Virus record (IMG/VR): IMGVR_UViG_3300042691_030776
DNA: 64,000 bases
Direction: 5' to 3' (one strand)
DNA from: a virus
Numbering within the stretch: the first letter of the stretch is position 1; every line of letters begins with the position of its first letter. The notes below the pieces were generated by a model. That model ran no database searches, had not been told where the DNA came from, and saw only the letters and a program-made list of their open reading frames with translations. Positions 45,402 through 55,448 of this stretch are shown here, one piece after another. The position numbers were made by a program, and so were the translations under genes.

Positions 45402-46610
45402 ATGAAAATACCACACGATAAGTTTTGTGTCCTACCCTGGGTCAGCATTGAAGCCAGCCCCATTGGCACTGTGCGTCCTTGTTGTTTGGCTACAGACGAA
45501 ATCCTAGACGATGCCGGCAACAAATTCAAACTCAATCAAGCATCATTCCAAGAAATACAAAATAGTCAGCATATGAGATCTCTTAGAGAGCAGTTTCTTG
45601 CGGGCGAGCAACCCCAAACTTGTCGCCGTTGTTGGAATGAAGAACGTGCTGGCCGTACCAGCAAGCGTATGCATACCTTGGATAGACTCAAGCACATGGG
45701 CATCAGTTCTGAATGGACAGCAGATGCCAAGCCCTTGATGTTCTTAGATCTCAAACTGGGTAACATCTGCAACCTTAAATGTCGTATCTGTGGATCGTGG
45801 TCGAGTTCGCAGTTTGCCACAGAAGAACTCAACTTCATCATTGACAAGGAAGAAAAGAAAACTAGCTTCCACTATCAAATGTTACGTGATGGCGCATGGC
45901 CCCGAGAGAGTGAGCAGTTTTGGGCACAGTTGGATTCAGCCATGGGCGAAGTTCGTTACATAGAGTTCACAGGTGGCGAACCTTTTATGATCCGTGAGCA
46001 TTTTGACCTGTTAAAAAAGTTAGTTGAGAAAAACTATGCACATCAAATAGAAATACATTATAACACCAACGGTACTCAGTATCCTAAAGAAGCTGAAGAG
46101 ATTTGGCAGTATTTTAAACATGTAGAGATTGCGTTTAGCATTGATGATGTTGGGTCACGTTTTGAATATCAACGCACCAATGCAGTATGGACAGAAGTTG
46201 TTGACAACATTGAAAAGTTCCAAGCCATGCGCGAAAGAAATCTCAACATGACTTTGCAAGTGTGTTGTACAATCAATGTATTTAATGTAATGTATCTTGA
46301 AGATGTAGCACAGTGGATTGACACACAGGATTTTGATTTTGTATATTGGAATATGTTGCATGATGCTTACTATTTTAGTATTGGCACTTTGCCTGCGGAA
46401 GCCAAACGTGTGGCCACTGAAAGATTGACAAAGGCCAATGTTCCTGCAAAGTTCCGAGCAGAGTTTGACCGTGTGATTGATTTCATGAACAACGGTGCCA
46501 GTCTTGATGGACAGCTATTACGCATAAAAGTCGAAGACTTAGATTTTAAACGTCAGCAACGGCTAGTAGACTACTTGCCAGAACTTGCTGGTGCCATTGG
46601 ATATCAATGA
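45402..46610 (+). CDS. Radical SAM enzyme with N-terminal Twitch/SPASM module (4)
   Basis: CNLKCRIC, TGGEP; N-terminal CVLPW...RPCC...CRRC. Confidence 0.9.
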   Translation: MKIPHDKFCVLPWVSIEASPIGTVRPCCLATDEILDDAGNKFKLNQASFQEIQNSQHMRSLREQFLAGEQPQTCRRCWNEERAGRTSKRMHTLDRLKHMGISSEWTADAKPLMFLDLKLGNICNLKCRICGSWSSSQFATEELNFIIDKEEKKTSFHYQMLRDGAWPRESEQFWAQLDSAMGEVRYIEFTGGEPFMIREHFDLLKKLVEKNYAHQIEIHYNTNGTQYPKEAEEIWQYFKHVEIAFSIDDVGSRFEYQRTNAVWTEVVDNIEKFQAMRERNLNMTLQVCCTINVFNVMYLEDVAQWIDTQDFDFVYWNMLHDAYYFSIGTLPAEAKRVATERLTKANVPAKFRAEFDRVIDFMNNGASLDGQLLRIKVEDLDFKRQQRLVDYLPELAGAIGYQ

Positions 46611-47512
46611 TTGACTTAGTATTATTACCTGAATATAAATCTGCGTTCATGACTCGCTACTTGTTGCCAGTTTTTTCGCAATGGTTTAGATTCCGGCAAT
46701 GGGATGCCAACACTACCTATGATAAAAGTTCATTGTTTGTAACACATCACAACTCTGACGTGGAGTTAGCCAACAGACTGTATGAACAAGGCTATTGTGT
46801 TGCAGTTGAAGAACTTTGGGAATACAGAGATCCACATCCACGATTTCATACCATTTCTTCTCTACGATGGTTTTGGATCAATGAAGCGCATTGGTACATG
46901 ATGTTGGGGTACGACCGCTATTATCCTACAAGAAACTACAGCAAACTTGCACTCATGCCCATGTGCAGACCACGTCCTCACAGAGACATGACACTACAAA
47001 AACTAGCACCTTGGCTTGATCAGTTTGTTTGGAGCTATCATAATCGTATGTTGCCCAACGATCTTTCATTGGAAAAACGAGAGCCTGGTGATTTTATCAA
47101 CTGGCAGCGATACTTTAATCCTGAATGGTATGACTCTACTTCTTTTTCTATAGCAGTAGAAACCATGATCACAGGACGTGGGTTCATAACAGAGAAAACT
47201 TGGAAGCCCATCGCTTACATGCATCCTTACATGGTGGTTGCACCCAACGGCACACTGAAACATTTACGCAGTTGGGGATTTGAAACCTACAGCAATATTT
47301 TTAACGAAAGCTATGATGACATAGATTTCAACGCAGGCAAACTAGATATCATTGCAGAGAATGTACGTTGTTATCAAGTGCAACCCTATGATGACGAAAC
47401 ACGAGATCGTGTGTCTTACAATAAAAATAGATTTTACAATCTCAATCTCTTAAAAACGGTGATCAGAGAAGACATACTAAATCCCTTGCAGGAGTTTATC
47501 AATGCGTCCTGA
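46607..47512 (+). CDS. GT10-like glycosyltransferase paralogue 4
   Basis: CRPRPHR; IAVET...FITEKTWKP...HPY...GFETY..FNESYD. Confidence 0.55.
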   Translation: MIDLVLLPEYKSAFMTRYLLPVFSQWFRFRQWDANTTYDKSSLFVTHHNSDVELANRLYEQGYCVAVEELWEYRDPHPRFHTISSLRWFWINEAHWYMMLGYDRYYPTRNYSKLALMPMCRPRPHRDMTLQKLAPWLDQFVWSYHNRMLPNDLSLEKREPGDFINWQRYFNPEWYDSTSFSIAVETMITGRGFITEKTWKPIAYMHPYMVVAPNGTLKHLRSWGFETYSNIFNESYDDIDFNAGKLDIIAENVRCYQVQPYDDETRDRVSYNKNRFYNLNLLKTVIREDILNPLQEFINAS

Positions 47513-48800
47513 CACACTTTGTATGGCCCCATGGACTCATACCTATCTGTCACCACAGACTGAGCGTCGTATGTGCTGTGCGTCAAGAGAACCTGCACAG
47601 AACTTTGAGCAGTACATCGACACTGCCGCAGGCACAGGTCGATATATTCCTATCACATTAGACGAACATTGGAACTCAGAACACATGAAGTCAGTACGTC
47701 GCAGGATGATGGCTGGAGAGACTCTGCCAGAATGTGATGTATGCAACAGCAAGCTCTTAAATACAGACGTCTATCGCAGTTATTTTTGGGGTTTGTTTAG
47801 CCACAAGTATGATGACGCCATGCAATCAACCGCTCCTGATGGGTCAACTACAATGAAGCCCGTGAGCTGGGATTACAGATTTAGTAATCTTTGTAACTTT
47901 AAATGTCGTATGTGTGGTGACATGCTGTCAAGTTCTTGGGAAACTGAGGAAAAGCGGCATGACATGGTTGACTGGTCTAATCCTAAAAACAACTGGATGC
48001 GCCCTGAAGTCAAACGTGAAATCACAAAGTTTCAAGACACACAGATAGAAGCAGAGTTTGCCCAGGCAGTAGAAGAACATCGCGTAGAAGAAATCTACTG
48101 GGTGGGCGGTGAGCCGTTGATGTATGAGCAACATTGGCGATATATGAAAAGAATTATTGAACTAGGCGATGGCCCTAAACTTTATGCAAGATACAATACC
48201 AACCTTAGCCGCGTGGATTATAATGGGATTAGTCTTTATCGTGATTTGTTATCAAATATACGTGACTTCCAAATCTGTGCAAGCATCGACGGAACAGGAC
48301 AAATCGGAGAATACATCAGAACCGGTCTGGCCTGGCCCGTATTTCTAGACAACTTCTGTCGTGGACTAGAAATAGCACGTCACCGCAGACAAATGCGCCT
48401 GGACTTTACTTTGACCTTACCAGGCTTGTTCGAAGTAGAAACCATGCAACGCACAGCTGATGAGCTAGGTGTGGATATCCTGGCCAAAGTAGTATTTGCG
48501 TTTACTCCTGACATTGTAATGAGTCCATTGGCTTTGCCTAGAGAAATACTAGACCGTAAAGTAGATGAACTGGTGCCTGCTACACGCGGCGCACTACAAG
48601 ATGTGCTACTACAGCTCAAGCAAAGGCCCACGTTTGAAGAACAATGGCCAGATCAGTACCACGCAGGTATTGCACGAGGCAAGGCTCGTGTGTTAAAATT
48701 AGAACAGATAAGAAACGATTCGTTTACAATGAACGACATATTGGAAAAAGATGCAGACATATATCGCTGGTGGCAAGACATTAGACCAAGTAACGATTGA
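47502..48800 (+). CDS. Radical SAM enzyme with N-terminal Twitch/SPASM module (5)
   Basis: CNFKCRMC, VGGEP; N-terminal CMAPW...RMCC...CDVC. Confidence 0.9.
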   Translation: MRPDTLCMAPWTHTYLSPQTERRMCCASREPAQNFEQYIDTAAGTGRYIPITLDEHWNSEHMKSVRRRMMAGETLPECDVCNSKLLNTDVYRSYFWGLFSHKYDDAMQSTAPDGSTTMKPVSWDYRFSNLCNFKCRMCGDMLSSSWETEEKRHDMVDWSNPKNNWMRPEVKREITKFQDTQIEAEFAQAVEEHRVEEIYWVGGEPLMYEQHWRYMKRIIELGDGPKLYARYNTNLSRVDYNGISLYRDLLSNIRDFQICASIDGTGQIGEYIRTGLAWPVFLDNFCRGLEIARHRRQMRLDFTLTLPGLFEVETMQRTADELGVDILAKVVFAFTPDIVMSPLALPREILDRKVDELVPATRGALQDVLLQLKQRPTFEEQWPDQYHAGIARGKARVLKLEQIRNDSFTMNDILEKDADIYRWWQDIRPSND

Positions 48801-49851
48801 GCTTAAGAACAGACAAACACAAGAAGTGTTTCCTGTTCGTATCAATGTGTTTGACAACTCCTTGAGTCACAAGTGGCTCCAGGCTCTCAATGAACTTTTA
48901 AAAAACAACTATCATTTAGAAAAGAACTACTGTTTCTTTGGCTTTGTCGAGCATAAAAGAAATGGCTGGCACATACTCAACGAAGTAAATCGTAGCATCG
49001 ATGCCATCAACCGTGCTGGGCTTGGATATCATATTGACGATTACTTTGACATGAGTAATACCGTCACAGACGAGCCTATCGATGGTCGCACAGCAGGACG
49101 AAACATACGACAGGAAAAGCTCAACTGGTTACATCGCTACTTTGAAGATCTGCAGGGCGTAAGTGGCGCACCAAAAGAATATTATCAACGGGCCGATGCC
49201 AAAACACGCTGGCATATTCGTCAGCTTAACTTGTTGTGTCATGAGTTTGAATCCTGGGCACTAAGTTATCGTAAACAGATAGAAGCACCCGAATGGCAAC
49301 GACCCAGTCAGCTGATGTGTTGGCTTAACGCACCGCGCTTTGTACTGGATGAAAAAGACTATGAACTATTCGGCATAGAAACGATCAACCGTCCTCTGGG
49401 CGGAGTATTTGTTGGAGTAAACAAAGCAGTGGGCAAGCATCATTGGGAAGTGTTTCAAGATGAAGGCCGGGACAGCCGCGTGGGCGAGCTAGTGTCAACT
49501 ACATTGCGCAGTCAAACAGAAGCTGCCGGTGACTTTGACATAGAGTGGGCCAACAATCCCGGCAACTACGAGTGGCAAAAAACACGCCTTAAAGAGTTTC
49601 GAGAATGGTTAACAGTCAATGGTTTTGATCCTGAAGATCCTGCACTGACCATTGGTCATCCGCAGATTGGACAGGTTGATCTCATTGATACATTCTGGAC
49701 AAATGATTACCAGGCCATCTGGCGCCGCCTAAATACACATCTCGATGTGTACAGCGTGAGTACCACAGATGCCCGAGCAGTGTATGATTATTGCTGGAGT
49801 GACTCTGACTATGCACAACAACAGATCAATATTATAGGACATACAAAATGA
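48751..49851 (+). CDS. Hypothetical protein (start uncertain)
   Basis: Long ORF within the operon; His/Glu helical motifs LNWLHRYFE and LNLLCHEFE. Confidence 0.75.
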   Translation: MQTYIAGGKTLDQVTIELKNRQTQEVFPVRINVFDNSLSHKWLQALNELLKNNYHLEKNYCFFGFVEHKRNGWHILNEVNRSIDAINRAGLGYHIDDYFDMSNTVTDEPIDGRTAGRNIRQEKLNWLHRYFEDLQGVSGAPKEYYQRADAKTRWHIRQLNLLCHEFESWALSYRKQIEAPEWQRPSQLMCWLNAPRFVLDEKDYELFGIETINRPLGGVFVGVNKAVGKHHWEVFQDEGRDSRVGELVSTTLRSQTEAAGDFDIEWANNPGNYEWQKTRLKEFREWLTVNGFDPEDPALTIGHPQIGQVDLIDTFWTNDYQAIWRRLNTHLDVYSVSTTDARAVYDYCWSDSDYAQQQINIIGHTK

Positions 49852-49949
49852 AATGGTTACGCAACTTGATCAACAGGATCCGACTCGAAATACGCTATCG
49901 TAAAAAACTCAAAGAACTTCGCAAACGAGATCCTTTTATTTACAAATGA
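49848..49949 (+). CDS. 33-aa basic micro-protein MKWLRNLINRIRLEIRYRKKLKELRKRDPFIYK
   Basis: Not in the ORF track; fills the gap exactly, with ATGA overlaps at both ends. Confidence 0.75.
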   Translation: MKWLRNLINRIRLEIRYRKKLKELRKRDPFIYK

Positions 49950-51433
49950 AACATATCTTAGGTATTAGTGCAGGGTTCCACGACGCCGCAGCCACTGTCA
50001 TCAACTCAGATGGTGAAATAGTTTTTGCCGGTCACTCTGAACGTTACAGTAAAAACAAAAACGATCCTGCAATATCTCCAGAGTTACTCAATGAACTCTG
50101 TGCTTGGGAATACGATACCATAGCGTTTTATGAACGTCCTTGGGTACACAACCTTCAACAGATTTATTCTGGCCAGCGACATTTTGGTCCCTGGACCACT
50201 CGCGGTGCGTTAAAGCAACACCTTGGCATCTGGTACCAAACACCTGCTCGACGGGAAGTCAGCTTTAATCATCACCTAAGCCACGCAGCCGCCGGCTTCC
50301 AAACAAGTCCCTATGACAGCGCGGCAGTTGTTGTGATTGATGCCATTGGCGAGCTAGACACTATAAGCATATTCCGAGCTTGGTACGACAACAAAGGTCG
50401 TGCGCAATACAAAAGAGTGTGGCGACAGCGTTACCCACATTCGATTGGCTTGTTTTACAGCGCAATGACTGATCGAGTTGGATTGAAGCCCATGGACGAA
50501 GAATACATAACCATGGGCATGGCCGCCTGGGGCAAGGATTCTTGGTATCCTACACTGTACAATCACGTAGTAAAAGATCACGAAAACGTCAGACTCAACG
50601 AGAACTTTCACATAGGTGTTGATGCTACTTTGCTAGAAGCTGCCACACCAGAAGATATTGCCTGCGCCACACAGTTGGTAGCAGAAGATCTCATAATGAA
50701 TGTGATGCAAAGGGCTTGGGAACTCACAGGAGAAACCAATCTTGTGTACATGGGCGGTGTGGCACTAAACTGTCTTGCCAACAGAAATCTTGGAGACCTT
50801 TATGAAAATATTTGGATCATGCCTAATCCTGGTGATGCTGGTAGCAGTCTTGGTGCTGCCGCTCTGGCTCATGGGCATAGAGTTAACTGGAGAAATCCTT
50901 ATCTCGGTCATGATATTCATGGCCCTTATCCCGTTGTGGAGCTTATGGATAGGCTACTTGCTGAACAAATTGTCGGAGTTGCCTCAGGAAGAGCCGAGTT
51001 CGGACCCCGCGCACTGGGAAACCGTAGCCTCCTGGCAGACCCTAGAGGTAGCACGATTAAGGAACGAGTCAATGAGATCAAACGTCGCCAACAGTTCCGA
51101 CCATTCGCTCCTGTGATCTTAGAAGAATGTGTCAACGACTATTTTGAAATGCCAGAAGGATACTCAACCAGTCCTTATATGCAAGTGGTAGCACGATGCA
51201 GGCATCCAGATCATTTTCCGGCTATTATACATGTAGATGGAACTAGTCGTGTGCAGACTGTGAGCCGAGATTGTGGTTCGGGTATCCGACAACTGCTGGA
51301 AGCATGGTATTTAGAAACAGGGTGTCCTATGTTGTTGAATACCAGCTTGAACATACGAGGAGAACCCATGGTCAATGACCGAGCCGACGCTGATCGTTTT
51401 GAAGCAAAATACGGTGTTAAAGTTTGTAGTTAG
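49946..51433 (+). CDS. O-carbamoyltransferase (NodU/CmcH/TobZ family)
   Basis: HDAAA, HHLSHAAAG, GGVALN, GDAG, EFGPRALGNRS, FRPFAP, HVDGTSRVQTV, LLNTSLN. Confidence 0.95.
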   Translation: MKHILGISAGFHDAAATVINSDGEIVFAGHSERYSKNKNDPAISPELLNELCAWEYDTIAFYERPWVHNLQQIYSGQRHFGPWTTRGALKQHLGIWYQTPARREVSFNHHLSHAAAGFQTSPYDSAAVVVIDAIGELDTISIFRAWYDNKGRAQYKRVWRQRYPHSIGLFYSAMTDRVGLKPMDEEYITMGMAAWGKDSWYPTLYNHVVKDHENVRLNENFHIGVDATLLEAATPEDIACATQLVAEDLIMNVMQRAWELTGETNLVYMGGVALNCLANRNLGDLYENIWIMPNPGDAGSSLGAAALAHGHRVNWRNPYLGHDIHGPYPVVELMDRLLAEQIVGVASGRAEFGPRALGNRSLLADPRGSTIKERVNEIKRRQQFRPFAPVILEECVNDYFEMPEGYSTSPYMQVVARCRHPDHFPAIIHVDGTSRVQTVSRDCGSGIRQLLEAWYLETGCPMLLNTSLNIRGEPMVNDRADADRFEAKYGVKVCS

Positions 51434-52184
51434 TTCTTAAGAACGGAAGCAAATGTTGTCGAGTCCAAGATAAATGCCCGTCAGGGCTAGGATGAAAATC
51501 ATCCATATCGAGTAAGTCATTTTTGATTGAAAAACGATATAGATTTTCCACACTGTATTCAATCATGCTATTGTATTTTGATTTTAAATCATCATTGAGA
51601 TGATCACGTATTTCAAAATCATATCCTCTGTTGGGGATCGATCGATCTAAATAATCTAAAAATAAAAATTTATATTGTTTTTGACGCAAGTAATGGTACA
51701 ACATTGACACGTAGAGATAGTTTTCTACAGTTCTTGATTCAATACTTTTTATCTGATCCATATCTTTAATACATTGAGTCTGAGCATTTCCTTTGCTTTC
51801 AGGATGATTTCCGCCACTGATGCCCGATACTACCGAGTCGGTATAACTAAAGGTCATCGGAAATCCATTCAATGAATTATCGGATATGATAGCATCATCT
51901 CTATTATGACAACTCCACATTACGATCACCAACGTATCTGCAGGATTGAGATTTAGAGTTTCTAAGGTCCATATCACACTGTGACTGATATGATAGTTCC
52001 CAGCACCGGGCAAGGAACAATCATAGACTTGGTCTATGCCAGCAAGATCTTTAATATAGTAAGGCCAAGTAACAGCACTGTTTTCACTGTTGTTGTAGGT
52101 AAAACTACACCCGCTGACTAAAAGATTCTTATATCCAAGATCAGTTTCTGTGGCAAACTGTTTTGGGATCAATCTAGTTTTCAT
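51417..52184 (-). CDS. SGNH/GDSL-like hydrolase or acyltransferase
   Basis: LLVSGCSFT (block I), GAGN (block II), DDFHPSPDGH (block V); start at the ATGA overlap 52184. Confidence 0.7.
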   Translation of the reverse strand: MKTRLIPKQFATETDLGYKNLLVSGCSFTYNNSENSAVTWPYYIKDLAGIDQVYDCSLPGAGNYHISHSVIWTLETLNLNPADTLVIVMWSCHNRDDAIISDNSLNGFPMTFSYTDSVVSGISGGNHPESKGNAQTQCIKDMDQIKSIESRTVENYLYVSMLYHYLRQKQYKFLFLDYLDRSIPNRGYDFEIRDHLNDDLKSKYNSMIEYSVENLYRFSIKNDLLDMDDFHPSPDGHLSWTRQHLLPFLRTNYKL

Positions 52185-53209
52185 AGGTAAGACTCTAGCC
52201 CACCTTTGCGTCGAATGTCTTGTGTACAGCAACTCACTCCACCGTCCCAGAAGTAGCTGTGTCGCAGTTCACTAATGATTGGCTCAATGCGATGTTTTTT
52301 GCAGAAATCAAAAACGTCTTTGTTGTAAGCTGAAAAGATAACATGACTTTCGTCTAGCACAAGACAGTTTACATCAAACACAGTTTCGCTGACAAAGCCA
52401 ACCCAACTGCTTAGATATTTGTCTACAAAGGCAGAAAACTCAGCAGTCGGTGTTTGTCCTTGTACATACCAAGCGCCATTGAAGTTTTCTTCTTTAAACT
52501 TGCCAACTTCCATGGCAGCCCAGATAGAACTATCCCAAATCTTGCACACATCCCAACTAGGAAAATCTCTAGCCAAGTCTAAGTTCACATCATGTTTACT
52601 GCTCAGTATTACTCCGGGCTTGAGTATGGCAAATACAGCATCACCGTGACCGTCTGTGATAGCTTCATGGATGCGATATTCGGATCCTAGTACGTTGTCT
52701 ACAATCCAACGGGTTTGTTCAGGCTTCAAAAAGTCTGAGTTGTCAAAGAATACATCACGACCCACACGCACAATACAACTAGCCGACGCACCGTTGAGTA
52801 TGCAGTTGGGATCCCAAGTTCCGTTATGTGGATCAATGACTTGATCTCCGTATGAAGAGCAAATATCATTGAGCTCGGCTACAGGTAACACACGTAGCAG
52901 TTTATTACCCAAAGTAATCTGCCAGTCTCTTGGTGTAAGAGGTGGGAGAGGCGCTCCTTCTCCAGATGTTTGCCAAGTTTGAAACTGATCTCGGTTGGGT
53001 AAGCTAGGTCTGCGTACAGTGGCACCATAGGTTTCTATAGTACGTTGTAGGTTATCAAGGTCTTCGGCTGTCTCTGCTAAGATCTGTTGTAGTTGATTTC
53101 TAACCTGAAGGTTGTCAATAAAATCAAAATAGTCTGGATCATAGGCTCTTCCTACTATGACTTCTTCTAAAGGTTGCCAACTGGTGTAGCTGTTTACGAT
53201 ATTGTTCAT
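52181..53209 (-). CDS. Amidinotransferase (StrB1/glycine amidinotransferase family)
   Basis: NSYTSWQPLEEVIVG, TPRD, GHGD (catalytic His), DGGVSCCTQD (catalytic Cys). Confidence 0.85.
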   Translation of the reverse strand: MNNIVNSYTSWQPLEEVIVGRAYDPDYFDFIDNLQVRNQLQQILAETAEDLDNLQRTIETYGATVRRPSLPNRDQFQTWQTSGEGAPLPPLTPRDWQITLGNKLLRVLPVAELNDICSSYGDQVIDPHNGTWDPNCILNGASASCIVRVGRDVFFDNSDFLKPEQTRWIVDNVLGSEYRIHEAITDGHGDAVFAILKPGVILSSKHDVNLDLARDFPSWDVCKIWDSSIWAAMEVGKFKEENFNGAWYVQGQTPTAEFSAFVDKYLSSWVGFVSETVFDVNCLVLDESHVIFSAYNKDVFDFCKKHRIEPIISELRHSYFWDGGVSCCTQDIRRKGGLESYL

Positions 53210-54393
53210 TGTTTTGTAAGTTCTCTGATCAAACTATTTAAACGATCCTGTTTGTTGCTTAAAAATAATCTTTGGTTGTGCAACAGATCATCACGGCAGT
53301 CAATATAAAGTTGATGCAAGTCAACTTGTGTTACTAACCGTTCTATTTCAGTACAGGCCATATCCCATCGACGAGTATTGTTGGTCTCTTGATCGTAGCT
53401 GTGGTCAATCACATGATCAAATATTCGATAACCCATTGACTTTAACTGTGCAATACTGCCTGCAGGCGCTAATAATAAAAACGGCTGACAGTTTTTAATA
53501 GGTTTAAATGTTTTTTCGGTCAGAAACGTTCCGCCGCTTTGATCAGCATCTAAATGTGTTTCGAGTATGATGTTGAGATAACTGTCATTGAAGTGTTGAT
53601 GTACCGTGGTGGCATACAGATTGTGCGTGGCTGAATCTAACTCATCAGCACGGAAAGGTCCGCTGTTTAGAAATTGATGTGTATCGGCACGGAGTCCATT
53701 AAATTGATCAACTTCTATTGGATTATCGATGTGTTCATCGTCGTTGATCAACTGTTGCGTATTGTAAGAAAAATATCCTGATTGATGCAAACCTTGACGC
53801 CAGAGTCGAGCCATGGTAGTAGCTCTCCACCATTTGTGTGTTCGAACTAACGCGGTGTACTTCTTTGTTCTTTTAATGCTGTGATCAAACGCTATGGGAG
53901 GTTCTTGGTTGCGTAGTTGATACAAGCATTCGTCATCAACAAAATGTGTGAAGTTCTTGATCTGTTGAGCCGCTGAGTTCGCACTGGTAAACTTGATACG
54001 ATCAGGATCAATGTCTTGATTAGAAAACTGTGACAGTATGTGTTGCTGTATACGAAAAGGGTTGTCACCTTCGCTGTAGAAGAACCATAGTGTAAGACTT
54101 TTAGTCCTGAGTTTTTCTCTAATAAACGTTGGTAATAGTTCAAACCAGTTGATATCAAAGTCAAAATAACTGAGACTGATAGGGTATAGTGTTTCTTTGG
54201 TGGCCTGTGTCCACTCTACCAACTGATATTCAACACCAGCACGATCAAGATAATCTAAAAAGTGTACAGGTTCACTGTAGGGCCATTGTCTGCTGAACTG
54301 CCACCATTCAGATGTGTAAGGTTCGGCCTCCCATCTAGCGAGATTAGGATAAGGTTTGTTGTTTACAATACGGTCAACGCAGAAAGTTACCAT
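53206..54393 (-). CDS. GT10-like glycosyltransferase paralogue 5
   Basis: NIILET...FLTEKTFKP...QPF...GYRIF..IDHSYD. Confidence 0.55.
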   Translation of the reverse strand: MVTFCVDRIVNNKPYPNLARWEAEPYTSEWWQFSRQWPYSEPVHFLDYLDRAGVEYQLVEWTQATKETLYPISLSYFDFDINWFELLPTFIREKLRTKSLTLWFFYSEGDNPFRIQQHILSQFSNQDIDPDRIKFTSANSAAQQIKNFTHFVDDECLYQLRNQEPPIAFDHSIKRTKKYTALVRTHKWWRATTMARLWRQGLHQSGYFSYNTQQLINDDEHIDNPIEVDQFNGLRADTHQFLNSGPFRADELDSATHNLYATTVHQHFNDSYLNIILETHLDADQSGGTFLTEKTFKPIKNCQPFLLLAPAGSIAQLKSMGYRIFDHVIDHSYDQETNNTRRWDMACTEIERLVTQVDLHQLYIDCRDDLLHNQRLFLSNKQDRLNSLIRELTKQ

Positions 54394-55448
54394 TGTTTGA
54401 TCATGTCAGTGAGTTCTTGCCATAACAAACTTTCAAACTCTCTAGAGTAAAACCAATGTAAGTTGTGCTCTACAACAGGTGCCAAGTGTTGTTGTAGTTG
54501 AGCTTTTTCTTTAGCACTCATTGACTCAAGATCTGCTAAGAGTTTGCCTATACGAGATATTCGTAGATCATCGTCTTTGTCGTCGTAATCTTCGTTCCAA
54601 AAATCACCAAAGGTCTTAAAACCATACCGCCGCAGATACTCTAGGCTACCTTGACAGGATACTAACACAAACGGTTGTTGCATAACGATAGGGCGGAATG
54701 TTTTTTCTGTCAGGTGTTGTCTGCGTCCAGAGTACACTGTTTCTGTAACCACATTGAGCAGGCTTCGATTAGCCAAGTCCCACATATCTATTCTATGACT
54801 GCTACCAGCATGATTAGCTCCATGATCAATGATCAATGGTAGGTTGACGTGCCCCAATGGGATATCGTATTCTTGACATAATTCGGCTACGGTTTTATTT
54901 TCATAAGGACAGCGTTCAGGAAAACTAATGAAGTTTGAGTCAATGAGTTCTCGATCAACTAACTCGTTTAACAATGCCACTCTATGATGTCTCCGACCAC
55001 CGATGATGTTGTTGGGGCAAAGGAATGTTCTTTCAATCTTTCTATCTAGAAATGGTTGTGATAGAAATGTATGATTGTAACCTCGATACCAGTCCAGTGC
55101 GGCCCATGCATGAAAGAAGTAATACCCAGAAGTCATGTTATAAGTATCGCATGTCCACTTTACATATTCGCTGTCATACTCTGAAGTTATTAACCAAAAT
55201 GGACCTTTATTCCACTTATTGCGATATATTGGAACAAACTGATCAAATAGTATTTTTACTCGATCCAGATGCAAAGGTTCTTGATCCCAAAAAAAGATTC
55301 GACCTTGGCTTTCATTTAACAACGGGTGATTTTTTATATCTTCAAAACTAGTAGACCCAAACGGATCAAACCAATGTAGCCCTATATCAGCTCGGTGTTG
55401 CAGAGCCGACACAAATGTGTTATAATATATTTCATCGATACGAATCAT
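54387..55448 (-). CDS. GT10-like glycosyltransferase paralogue 6
   Basis: NVVTET...HLTEKTFRP...QPF...GFKTF..WNEDYD. Confidence 0.55.
   Translation of the reverse strand: MIRIDEIYYNTFVSALQHRADIGLHWFDPFGSTSFEDIKNHPLLNESQGRIFFWDQEPLHLDRVKILFDQFVPIYRNKWNKGPFWLITSEYDSEYVKWTCDTYNMTSGYYFFHAWAALDWYRGYNHTFLSQPFLDRKIERTFLCPNNIIGGRRHHRVALLNELVDRELIDSNFISFPERCPYENKTVAELCQEYDIPLGHVNLPLIIDHGANHAGSSHRIDMWDLANRSLLNVVTETVYSGRRQHLTEKTFRPIVMQQPFVLVSCQGSLEYLRRYGFKTFGDFWNEDYDDKDDDLRISRIGKLLADLESMSAKEKAQLQQHLAPVVEHNLHWFYSREFESLLWQELTDMIKQW
55398..55426 (+). promoter_or_regulatory. Sigma70-type extended -10 promoter embedded antisense within the neighbouring CDS
   Basis: TTGCAG-N17-TATAAT with TGn, 20 nt before ATG 55447. 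Confidence 0.6.
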
